Origin: Clostridia bacterium
GTDB taxonomy: Bacteria; Bacillota; Clostridia; Christensenellales; Pumilibacteraceae
Direction of reading: 5' to 3'
Assembly (NCBI GenBank): GCA_017623435.1
Contig: JAGAPD010000033.1
Location: 26,587 to 90,586, forward strand
DNA: 64,000 bases
In this document: piece by piece, positions 9,901-17,186 of the stretch
How the letters are laid out: every line of letters begins with the position of its first letter
Numbering within the stretch: the first letter of the stretch is position 1
Position numbers and translations under genes: made by a program
The notes under the pieces: generated by a model
What the model saw: only the letters and a program-made list of their open reading frames with translations
Told to the model about the DNA's origin: nothing
Database searches by the model: none

Positions 9901-11527
9901 CCATCGTACCGAAGTTAAGCGACGCTACTACCGCCGAGTTTGCGATGGATTTTGCGTTGATGAACGCGATATTTTTGATCACGCCACCCGTTCCCAAAGT
10001 ACCTACGAAGCCACCGTTTGCAACCGACGGGGTAAGTCCGATAATGGCGTGGCCGTTACCGTTTACCGTGCCGTGGAAACCAGCGATATCGCCTTTGTTA
10101 GGACTGATGCTCGTACCGGGTAATTCCTTATCCGTGTTACCGTTGCTCATACGACCGCACCAATCGGGAACTGCCTTGTTATAAGCGATATCGTTTCCAA
10201 GCAAGAAGTAACCGTGGAATTGGTACACCTTACTTACGTTCGCGCTAACGCTTGCCGCCGTTATATCCGCTGCCGAATGCTCGGATCTGTCCCAAACGAC
10301 CTTAGTGTTCTTGTCGGTGAGCGCGTAGGTTTTCATATTGTCAATATGCGACGCGGTCGTGATAATCTTGGTTGCGACGATCATTTCGATATTGTACGAA
10401 ACGACGTTGAATTCAAGGTTAAGCGACTTCTCGCCTGCCGCAAGCTTAGTCTTTTCAATAACGATATTTTCGCCGTTTACCGTGAAGGGAACTTCGTAAT
10501 TATCGTCGGTAAGGTCAACGATTTTTACGATATCGCTTGCCGAAACTCCCGTTCCTTCAAGCGAGGAGGTAAGATCAAGCGAAATGGTAGTACCACTCGT
10601 TCCGTTAAGGTCGATTGCAGGCACGGTGAAGGGTGCGTCCACAACGGGCTTTTTAACGGTTACGGGAAGGTTAATCGTGAAGCTTTCGCCGTCGGTGGCA
10701 TAGGTCGCTGAAATAATCGTCTCGCCCACTCCTACCGCGGTGATTACGCCGTTTTCTACGTTTGCGATATTCGCGTTATCCGTAGCCCAAGCAATCACGG
10801 GCGAAGTAATTTTCTCATTATCCTTTTGCACGTTGGCGGTAACCGTTTTGTTGGTTACCATACCAGCCAAAGCGCTAAGACCAAGGTCAACGGAGGTTTC
10901 GTTGAGATAAAACACTACGTTTGCCGTTACGGTAACGTTAATTACCTTGTACGCGGTAAAGCCCTTATAAGTAGCGGAAACGGTTACTTTCGATTTGCCC
11001 GTTCCTATTGCTTTGATTTTGCCGTTTTCAACGCTTACGACGTCATCCTTTTCAACGATATAATCAAAGGTTGCGTTTACGGGCACGCCCTTATAATTAA
11101 AGGTTGCGCCTATAACGATTTCGTCGCCCTTCCTTACGGTTTCGTCGCCCGTTTCAAGCGAAAGCGTAGGTACTTGACCGCTATTAATTACGGTAACCAC
11201 GCAAGACGCGCTCTTACCGCCTACGCTAGCGGTAACGGTCGTTTTTCCCTCGCTAACGGGAGTTACTACGCCACCGCTTACGGTTGCTTTACTCTCGTCC
11301 GAGCTGGTCCAAACGATTTCGCCCGTAAGATTTTCTTTCGTCGCCGTAAGCGTAAGCGTTTCGTATATATCAACGGATGCTGAAGTACGATCAAGCGTTA
11401 CTCCTACATTCGCTTCGGGCGGAGGCGTTCCACCACCGCCAGGTTGCTCGCTCTGACACGCAACCAGCGTACTAAGCGCCATTACGAAAGCGAGCACAAA
11501 CACAAAAAGCTTTGAAAGTCTTTTCAT
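6929..11527 (-). CDS. Cassette-2 gene C: 1532-aa BIG2 + three beta-helix-module (GLUG-like) surface lipoprotein
   Basis: Signal peptide and lipobox (LSTLVAC) with RBS AGGAGGG. N-terminal BIG2-like repeats are followed by three modules. Each module has G[YH]F.LG..I..., F.G.FDG.G[YH].I and GG(L)F/V G....G.I.N motifs (HGYFLLGNDIAYNK, DGYFILGANIDLGDS, TGYVALGANIDLENR). Confidence 0.9.
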   Translation of the reverse strand: MKRLSKLFVFVLAFVMALSTLVACQSEQPGGGGTPPPEANVGVTLDRTSASVDIYETLTLTATKENLTGEIVWTSSDESKATVSGGVVTPVSEGKTTVTASVGGKSASCVVTVINSGQVPTLSLETGDETVRKGDEIVIGATFNYKGVPVNATFDYIVEKDDVVSVENGKIKAIGTGKSKVTVSATYKGFTAYKVINVTVTANVVFYLNETSVDLGLSALAGMVTNKTVTANVQKDNEKITSPVIAWATDNANIANVENGVITAVGVGETIISATYATDGESFTINLPVTVKKPVVDAPFTVPAIDLNGTSGTTISLDLTSSLEGTGVSASDIVKIVDLTDDNYEVPFTVNGENIVIEKTKLAAGEKSLNLEFNVVSYNIEMIVATKIITTASHIDNMKTYALTDKNTKVVWDRSEHSAADITAASVSANVSKVYQFHGYFLLGNDIAYNKAVPDWCGRMSNGNTDKELPGTSISPNKGDIAGFHGTVNGNGHAIIGLTPSVANGGFVGTLGTGGVIKNIAFINAKSIANSAVVASLNFGTMENVYVQGSIVTSNAGWGIHGIVATKGANPVYKNVIADVTNPADSTTSALFAGWENNGTFANCHAIGEGASIRTLSSQSNPVDVFANYAALAKSNSFTLSAWDEKYWDTTSGVPVFKAYLNYVDKGASSFVGVNDKYVLAKGESASYTIATTPAKFSVVSIKEDIEGVSYDNGKLIVASTVTEPVTVTLQTYSIFSIDEVTEKQIRILPMSIVDLRGEPVAQYDMGGNEPFVLNLDQIDGKEVTDIAVNGVGFDFTQAGTTLTFDQAGYKATKQHGVVELTVSGEDFSYRLNVLNVSKIITTADELLNLKSYAPNKKTYSWELWGGTASEENYDGYFILGANIDLGDSKVKNVKSVVRIWYDVEASAGFSGVFDGQGYTINGGVYGQGGLFGYLWKTGVVKNVAFVNAKISAEAFSNIIGVSLWGRLENVLFHVVESKMPECEGAFVAMNVGSTAVCKNVVLYEYTDLNKTNAGRLSAFINHKSLSGATYENTFVFTDSYVGQQRATSNEFTGILEPNAITETLDDVGIDGKGWSNVWDMTGDRAIFASQKQAVLDALGDIEMIELTVGKEYVFPEIDGYGFNVTTTADSSVATVDGKVLKIANTLSQSTTFTVTITWEANANVKKDVTVKAIVTTKHDFTANPVDVELSDGNATFAVTIAGLSEQIKKVTVNDVEVAYTASGETVTVNKSTLTAGDRTLIVLTEANEYIYSLEVLNKVIKTKQEFINFIESASYVSGDKTAGFTGYVALGANIDLENRSINPAMGQWSSGWIGGWRGVFDGRGYTLSNYKIDGQDKGLFRMMYAEGVFKNTVIKNVTVNGSSGAITCANSGTIENVIVIGKITGGDGNPNVGAGLFASNSNNSTTTKYINCVGILTEFGQTLNHSLAGIITSTKYNNANLNTGATFTNVIAINAMSGNVVLPFAAKHTGRVNGGTTPAIDPVSNYQGANLYANDTATAKTFANMADYTAWAATASGDWATAIELVSAYNA

Positions 11528-11543
11528 TTTTCCCTCCTAAATC

Positions 11544-13526
11544 CTATTCTATTCCCCACGTTTTCCAGAGCTCGTCGATAGTAAGCTGTTCGTTATATCT
11601 CGAAATACCGATACGGTTTACGTCTTGCTTAAACGACATTTTAAGGTCAAGCAATTCACTATCGCTGTACTGCGTGAAGTAAAGCGTGATATCTATCTTA
11701 CGATATACTAAAGTTTCGATACAAATTCTGTCGTAAAGTCTGGCGTAAAGAGTAGGATCGGTCTGTTTAAGGGGCTCGATTGCCTTATACGCCTCGTCGA
11801 AAAATCCAAGCATAGTATCAACTACTCCCTTGGGCCAGTACTGCGTGGTAATAATGTTATTGCCGTAAGGTCCGGGAAGATTTTTCTCCGTTTTGAGGTA
11901 CTCAAACCAAGTGTTGTAAAGGTTAAGCGCCTTCTTCATAGGCTCGGCAGCGTCCTTATAGAAGTTGTTCATAAAGTTTTCGATAAGCTGTTCTCTATCA
12001 GCCAAAACGTCCCACTGAAGTTTTACCTGCAAATACTGCTTCAAGAAGCCCCAGTCAGTCGAATACGCGTTATTCCATTGCGTTTGGTCGAAGATATAGC
12101 TTACGTTATGCGCCTTAGACAAAATGTAGTTGGGTTGCATTTGATTGAGGTTGTTATAGGGTGCAAAGTAATCGGGGAATCTGGTGCTGTATACCCACAA
12201 GTACATTTCAGGAGCAAGCACACACCACTTATCCATCGTTTGCTTGTACGCCAAATTTGCGGAATCGTAGAAGTCACGAAGGTAGTCTGCACGGATAGGC
12301 GCGTAGAAGCAATAAACGTTAGGACGGCAGATTACGCTACTATCAATAGGCTCCCACTCGCCCGTGGTTTCGTTTTTAACGACGGGGGCTTCGGTCGTTC
12401 TGTGATAAGCAAAGAAACAAATATTAATCTTGCGATCGATATTGTTTGCCTCGAAGTATTCCTCGAGCGCTACGGACACCTTGTTACAGAAGTGAACGAT
12501 ATCCGCGCCGTCCGTGCCGTACTTTTGAAGTTTAGCACTACAAGTCTCGCAAGAGCACCATACGTTAACGTCCTCTTGAGTAATCGTAATATTCTCAATG
12601 CCGGGGTTAGCGTTAATTACGCCGATAAAGCTATCCATAAACGCCTGGAACATCAACTTAAATTCTTCTTCATCGCCTTGAGCGTTAAAGCAAAGTTGCT
12701 TTCCATCGGTACTGTACCACTTCGGGTGAGCTGCTTTCCACTTTTCGGGGGGAAGATACTCTAAAGTATTATGCCACGCGGGACCGGGGCCCATCCAAAC
12801 CTTACCGCCGCTGCTTTCGTCGTTGTGTCTCATGCGTTGGCAGGTTTCCTTGTCAGCGCGCACCCAGCCAAAGGTACTCATTCTGTAAGTAAAGTCGGGC
12901 ACGTCGATAAGATCAAATTCGTGAAGCTTTAAATTTGCAGTCGTATCGTAAACGATTTCGTTTTGAGAATAGATTTCCCAGTTGATTTCGTGCTTTAAGA
13001 ATTCGTAGCAACCCCAAAGCGTACCAAAGTCGCCACCGCCGATAATGAAGACCGAACTACCCTTCGTCAAAATGGTGTAGCCTGAGCGAGTGAGCATTTT
13101 TCTGTCCACGACGATATCTGCTTTTTCAATAAGCGCAGTTTCGCCGATAGAGATATACTTACTGTTAGCGTCGTAAGAAAGATTTTCGTCGTTGACGATT
13201 TCAAAGTACGCGCCCGTTGACTGACCTAAGAAAAGTTGAAGCTCGTTTGCGCCCGTATTAGTCTCATCGTAATCGGAGATTTTGGGGATTACGATTTTGT
13301 ATTCGGTTTTTCCGTCCACGACCAAATCTTTCGTACCAGTCGTTACGTTAATCTGGTGCAAAGTTTTAAGTTCTTCTTCCCAAGGGGACTGCGAAGGAGT
13401 AATAGTGCCTTTTAAATTGGTATTCATATTGTTTCCTCCCGTGGTGGTTTGGTCACACGCAACCGCGCTAACCGCCATCATTAAACTAAATATTATAAGG
13501 ATTATTCTCGTAAATATCTTTTTCAT
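11544..13526 (-). CDS. Cassette-2 gene B: DUF4838-like putative glycoside-hydrolase-type lipoprotein
   Basis: 660-aa ORF with lipobox (VSAVAC) and the same motif set as 1680..3641 (ITQEDVNVWCSCETC, GYTILTKGSSVFIIGGGDFGTLWGCYEFL). It starts 14 nt after the gene A stop. Confidence 0.8.
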   Translation of the reverse strand: MKKIFTRIILIIFSLMMAVSAVACDQTTTGGNNMNTNLKGTITPSQSPWEEELKTLHQINVTTGTKDLVVDGKTEYKIVIPKISDYDETNTGANELQLFLGQSTGAYFEIVNDENLSYDANSKYISIGETALIEKADIVVDRKMLTRSGYTILTKGSSVFIIGGGDFGTLWGCYEFLKHEINWEIYSQNEIVYDTTANLKLHEFDLIDVPDFTYRMSTFGWVRADKETCQRMRHNDESSGGKVWMGPGPAWHNTLEYLPPEKWKAAHPKWYSTDGKQLCFNAQGDEEEFKLMFQAFMDSFIGVINANPGIENITITQEDVNVWCSCETCSAKLQKYGTDGADIVHFCNKVSVALEEYFEANNIDRKINICFFAYHRTTEAPVVKNETTGEWEPIDSSVICRPNVYCFYAPIRADYLRDFYDSANLAYKQTMDKWCVLAPEMYLWVYSTRFPDYFAPYNNLNQMQPNYILSKAHNVSYIFDQTQWNNAYSTDWGFLKQYLQVKLQWDVLADREQLIENFMNNFYKDAAEPMKKALNLYNTWFEYLKTEKNLPGPYGNNIITTQYWPKGVVDTMLGFFDEAYKAIEPLKQTDPTLYARLYDRICIETLVYRKIDITLYFTQYSDSELLDLKMSFKQDVNRIGISRYNEQLTIDELWKTWGIE

Positions 13527-13540
13527 TTTCGTTTACCTCC

Positions 13541-16500
13541 TTATTCCGTTACCGTCAATTCGTAGTCGACGAAAGTCGCGTTTCCTCTCTCGTCACACGC
13601 AAAATAACGGAGTACGTAGGTGCCCGTTTCGTTCGCAACGAAGGAATTGCTATCCTTCATATTCACGGTGAAGATAAGACCGCAAGGACGAACTACGAAA
13701 CAGCAAAGCGTAAGCTCTTTTTCACTCGTGGAGTTGTCAACGGCAATGAAGTTTGCAAGTCCTACCTTCGTACCCTTCTTAACCGAAGTGGGATTGTTTT
13801 GCGTAAGCGTGATGACGGGCGCTTCGGGATCGACTACGTTCAAAAGAACGGGCGTACCTGATTTGTTTCCGTTATCGTCCTCGGTGCTGTAATTGATACG
13901 GTACTCGCCGTATTTATTAAGAACGAATTGATATTCTCTATCAGCAGGAACGTTGTTCAGCGCTATTCCGTCAACGCTGGTTATTACGTTACCTCCCTTG
14001 TCCGTTACGCGCACCGTAAGGGACACGTTGGGATCAAGCACGTCACACGCTACTGCGGAACGAACGGTAACGATTTCGTTGATCTTTCTCATACGCGTGC
14101 CGTCGCTTGGTGCGTAAATACGGGGATTTACACGGTCGAAAAGCACTCCGGAATTAAGCTCCTGCGTATTAAGTCTTCTTACCTTTACCGTTGCTTTTCC
14201 CGTTACGTCTTCAAACTCGATATACATACGCACCTTGTTAGATGCAAATCCGTCGAATTCGCTTCCGTCAGCCCAAGTATTAACGGTAAGATAGTTAGTA
14301 CCGTCAATAGTAATTTTTTTCGTAAGAATATCGTAGCCCAAGTTAAACTCGCCGTTGTTGTAATTTACCGCGATTTCGTACGGACCTACGCCGTTAATAA
14401 GCGTGTTCGTTGCGCCCGAATTATTCTTGAAAAGTCCCACGACTAATTTCTTATCCGCGTTTTCGCCGTCTTCAAGAACGACGTTTAATTTTCCAAGCGA
14501 GTTGCCTGCGTTTACAGTAAAGAAGTTGAGTGCAAAACCAAAAGCGCTAAGCGGATTAATAAACTCAACCGTACCGTTTTGGTTGGAAATAAGCTCTACG
14601 TCCGTTTCGGTCGCGCTTACGGTAACGTCCTCGCTATAGAAATACTTGCTGGTGTCCAGTATTGCTCGACCGCTTTCAGCAATCTTTTTAACGTTAATAA
14701 CCTTTACGGTGTACGACTTTTCGGTCGTGCCGTTAGCGTTAGAAGAAACGTACTTGATCGTCATATCTTTAGTAGCGCCCGCTTCGTTCACTTTAAACGT
14801 AACCTTGCGGTCCGCGCCAAGCGTTCTTTCGCCGTCGTCGTCCGTTACTTCAATAGAAACGTTCTGCTCCAATTTTCCGTTGTAGAAGTCGTACGCTTTA
14901 AGCTCGGGAATGACGTACTCGGTATCGGCGATAAAATATTTAGGAATTGACGCTCCCGTTTCAAACACGGGCTTTTTGGAAAGCGTTACTACGTGCTCGT
15001 ACGAATAAGTCTTTTTCGTACCTGCGTAGTCGGTCGCAACGAATTCTACCGTATAACTACCGTTCGAAAGGGGCTGGTAAGTTCCGTTAGTGATTTCAAC
15101 GGCTTTACCGCTTGCGTCGGTTACGAAGGGGGTTACGGTCACGAAACCACTACCGCCCGTCGTAGTTGCGTCAGGGAGAGTGATAATTTCGCCCACGTTA
15201 GAGGCTACTACTCTGTTTTCCGTGTCAACGTTGATGGAAATGTCTACGCCCGTTTCGTCACAGCTAACGACGTGTACCACTTCGCCTACGTTGCCCGAAT
15301 AGTCGGTTGCGCTGTAAACGACGTAATAATTACCGGGAGCGTTGGGGGTAAACTTTCCGTCAACTACGCTTACGGTGCTTTGTGCAGGCGAGCCGTAGTT
15401 CTGATAAACCTTCACTTTTGCTTCATTCTCGCCAGAATAGGGATCGACTGCGGTTGCGCTGAACACGGGATAAGGCTGACCTACTACTGCACGAGGAAGA
15501 TCGTTTTCGTCGTAGCCAAGCGTATCTATCGAAACGTAAGGCGCGCTACTGTCAACGAGCTTCGTTTCGGTGAGGTCTATTCCGCCAATATCCGTGATTA
15601 CGAAGTTAAGATGCGATTTCTTTAAGCCTTTGGTGGTAATTGAAAGGAAAACCTCGCCCGTGGTAAAACCGTCCCAAAGCTCGGAAAAGTGCGCGGGATT
15701 GTCAAGGTCGATAATTTCTCTGTCGCCCGTGCTAGAGCCCTGCGTCATAACCTTCTTGCTGTCGTGATCGAGGAAAAGCTGGAGTTGACCGTACGCGTTT
15801 TTCGCGGTGAGGAATTGCTCGCTCGTTTCGCCCGTGCCGTCACAGCCAAAGAAAGAGAAGTTTTGACCAAAGCCGTAAATATTGTTTTGGTGAAGTCTGT
15901 TCCACGCCTTTTCGTAGCCCGTGGTGGGTTGGAAAGCTGCGCCTGCCTGAATGTAAGCAACGTTGTGGCCGTACTTTCTACCGTCCTGCGTGCACGTTAC
16001 TTTAATTCTAACGTAGTTGCTATCGTCGTAGATATCGGTAAGCTTTATCGTGAACTCTTGAGCGTCCATTTCTTGCACCGTTTCGGGCGTCATATACATC
16101 GAAATGAAGGGGGACGTACCGTTCAGTTTCTCCAAATCAATTACTTGGTTGAACTTAAATTCACCAGTCGCGTTAATCGCTACCATAATGCCGTTCGTGT
16201 TGGGCGTGAGGGGGTGCGCTCCGTAGGACGCTCTGTTGGCTTTGCCCACTACTTCGTACAAATTGTTGTACACGTAGAAGTTAGCAGTTTCGGAAAGATA
16301 CTCTCCGCCCTCCGTCATCAAGAAGTACTCGACGGCGTATTTGCCCATTACCGTGGGCGTGAACTTGTTTACCGAATAGGAAGTGCCGTCGGGGCTATAA
16401 ACGACTTTGGTCGCTTTTACCTGACTGCCACCTACAGTAAAGTAAGCGTCGGGTACGTCGATTTCCGTTCCTACCGCGTACTCGCTTTCAAAGGATGCTA

Positions 16501-16624
16501 TCGCGTCGGTTACGGACGCGGACGCGTTACCTTTCGTAGCAAACAGCATAGTTAGTCCGCTGATTACCAGCACAAAAGCAAGCACGATTGGAACCAGAAT
16601 TCTAGTCAATTGCTTTGTCTTCAT
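13541..16624 (-). CDS. Cassette-2 gene A: N-terminally membrane-anchored multi-Ig-domain surface protein
   Basis: Likely start is ATG at 16624 (MKTKQLTRILVPIVLAFVLVISGLTMLF), preceded by AGGAGGA; the 27-codon extension in the track has no RBS. It is collinear with 3656..6733 along the whole length. Confidence 0.85.
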   Translation of the reverse strand: MKTKQLTRILVPIVLAFVLVISGLTMLFATKGNASASVTDAIASFESEYAVGTEIDVPDAYFTVGGSQVKATKVVYSPDGTSYSVNKFTPTVMGKYAVEYFLMTEGGEYLSETANFYVYNNLYEVVGKANRASYGAHPLTPNTNGIMVAINATGEFKFNQVIDLEKLNGTSPFISMYMTPETVQEMDAQEFTIKLTDIYDDSNYVRIKVTCTQDGRKYGHNVAYIQAGAAFQPTTGYEKAWNRLHQNNIYGFGQNFSFFGCDGTGETSEQFLTAKNAYGQLQLFLDHDSKKVMTQGSSTGDREIIDLDNPAHFSELWDGFTTGEVFLSITTKGLKKSHLNFVITDIGGIDLTETKLVDSSAPYVSIDTLGYDENDLPRAVVGQPYPVFSATAVDPYSGENEAKVKVYQNYGSPAQSTVSVVDGKFTPNAPGNYYVVYSATDYSGNVGEVVHVVSCDETGVDISINVDTENRVVASNVGEIITLPDATTTGGSGFVTVTPFVTDASGKAVEITNGTYQPLSNGSYTVEFVATDYAGTKKTYSYEHVVTLSKKPVFETGASIPKYFIADTEYVIPELKAYDFYNGKLEQNVSIEVTDDDGERTLGADRKVTFKVNEAGATKDMTIKYVSSNANGTTEKSYTVKVINVKKIAESGRAILDTSKYFYSEDVTVSATETDVELISNQNGTVEFINPLSAFGFALNFFTVNAGNSLGKLNVVLEDGENADKKLVVGLFKNNSGATNTLINGVGPYEIAVNYNNGEFNLGYDILTKKITIDGTNYLTVNTWADGSEFDGFASNKVRMYIEFEDVTGKATVKVRRLNTQELNSGVLFDRVNPRIYAPSDGTRMRKINEIVTVRSAVACDVLDPNVSLTVRVTDKGGNVITSVDGIALNNVPADREYQFVLNKYGEYRINYSTEDDNGNKSGTPVLLNVVDPEAPVITLTQNNPTSVKKGTKVGLANFIAVDNSTSEKELTLCCFVVRPCGLIFTVNMKDSNSFVANETGTYVLRYFACDERGNATFVDYELTVTE

Positions 16625-16696
16625 ATAATCCTCCTGTTTATTTGTTACACACCGAGCGATTTTTACGCTAAAACGCTCGACAATATATACACTCTT

Positions 16697-16725
16697 ATTA
16701 TACAAGATTTAGTACGAGTTGTCAA
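16697..16725 (-). promoter_or_regulatory. Sigma-70-type promoter of cassette 2 (TTGACA-N17-TATAAT)
   Basis: Minus strand reads TTGACA (16725..16720), a 17-nt spacer, then TATAAT (16702..16697), about 70 nt upstream of the gene A start. Confidence 0.7.
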
Positions 16726-16828
16726 TACTAAACGCAATATTTTTTTATATTCGCTATTATACAAACTGGCCGTGCATGCGCGCGAGATTCTTCGCTTCGC
16801 TCGAGAATGACAGCGCGCGCAAAATTAC

Positions 16829-16848
16829 GACCACACCGCTCGGTCAAA
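16829..16848. repeat. Direct repeat copy 1: GACCACACCGCTCGGTCAAA
   Basis: Identical 20-mer recurs 88 bp downstream. It contains the inverted half-sites GACC-N9-GGTC. Confidence 0.9.
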
Positions 16849-16916
16849 CCTGTTGGTACGGTCGTAAAGTTGTAAAACGTATTCCGTGCCTACCGTCAAC
16901 GACGGTTTAGTAGTAT

Positions 16917-16936
16917 GACCACACCGCTCGGTCAAA
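16917..16936. repeat. Direct repeat copy 2: GACCACACCGCTCGGTCAAA
   Basis: Identical to 16829..16848. In this copy the half-sites extend to TGACC-N9-GGTCA. Confidence 0.9.
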
Positions 16937-17108
16937 AGGCTACGCGTAGGTCTACAACCCGTGTACTTTATTCCAAGCCTACGAAACCACCTTTGGTGGC
17001 TCTCCCTCCGTCACGCTGACTCGTGCCACCTCCCTCGACAGATGGAGGCTACTACGCTATCTGCCGTTCCCATAACCCCGTAGGGAGGGGGCTTGATTTT
17101 GTAGTTAT

Positions 17109-17147
17109 AAAAAAACGCCCTCGCTATATCAGCGAGAGCATTTTTTT
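17109..17147 (-). terminator. Intrinsic terminator of the giant lipoprotein gene
   Basis: Hairpin CTCGCT-ATATC-AGCGAG, flanked by an A-run and a T7 run, 40 nt downstream of the stop at 17187. Confidence 0.7.
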
Positions 17148-17186
17148 AAGGAAGTTATTAATTTACGTTTTTACAAACGTTTTTAA

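Larger units (their letters stand above)
16770..17100. other. GC-richer, hairpin-dense non-coding region of unknown function (candidate structured RNA or regulator-binding region)
   Basis: No credible ORF. It lies between the giant-gene terminator and the cassette-2 promoter. Hairpins seen: GCGCGCG..ATTCT..AGAAT..GCGCGCGC, ACCGTC-AAC-GACGGT, the palindrome CTACGCGTAG, CCACC-TTT-GGTGG, CACG-CTGACT-CGTG and CCTCC..GGAGG. It also has a 20-bp direct repeat. Confidence 0.4.

Noticed and set aside
16719-16910. 63-aa plus-strand ORF inside the GC-rich orphan region
   Set aside because: It has no RBS, an implausible composition, and overlaps the cassette-2 promoter. It is treated as non-coding.
16990-17040. 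GGAGGTGGCACGAG on the minus strand vaguely resembles the T-box motif GGGTGGTACCGCG
   Set aside because: The match is incomplete. No specifier loop, AG bulge or terminator/antiterminator pair is present. The region lies upstream of the promoter and not in a leader.
17084-17104. GGGGGCTTGATTTTGTAG resembles the 5' end of tmRNA
   Set aside because: The downstream sequence runs straight into a terminator and the giant gene. No tag reading frame, pseudoknot region or tRNA-like 3' end (TCCACCA context) is present on either strand.
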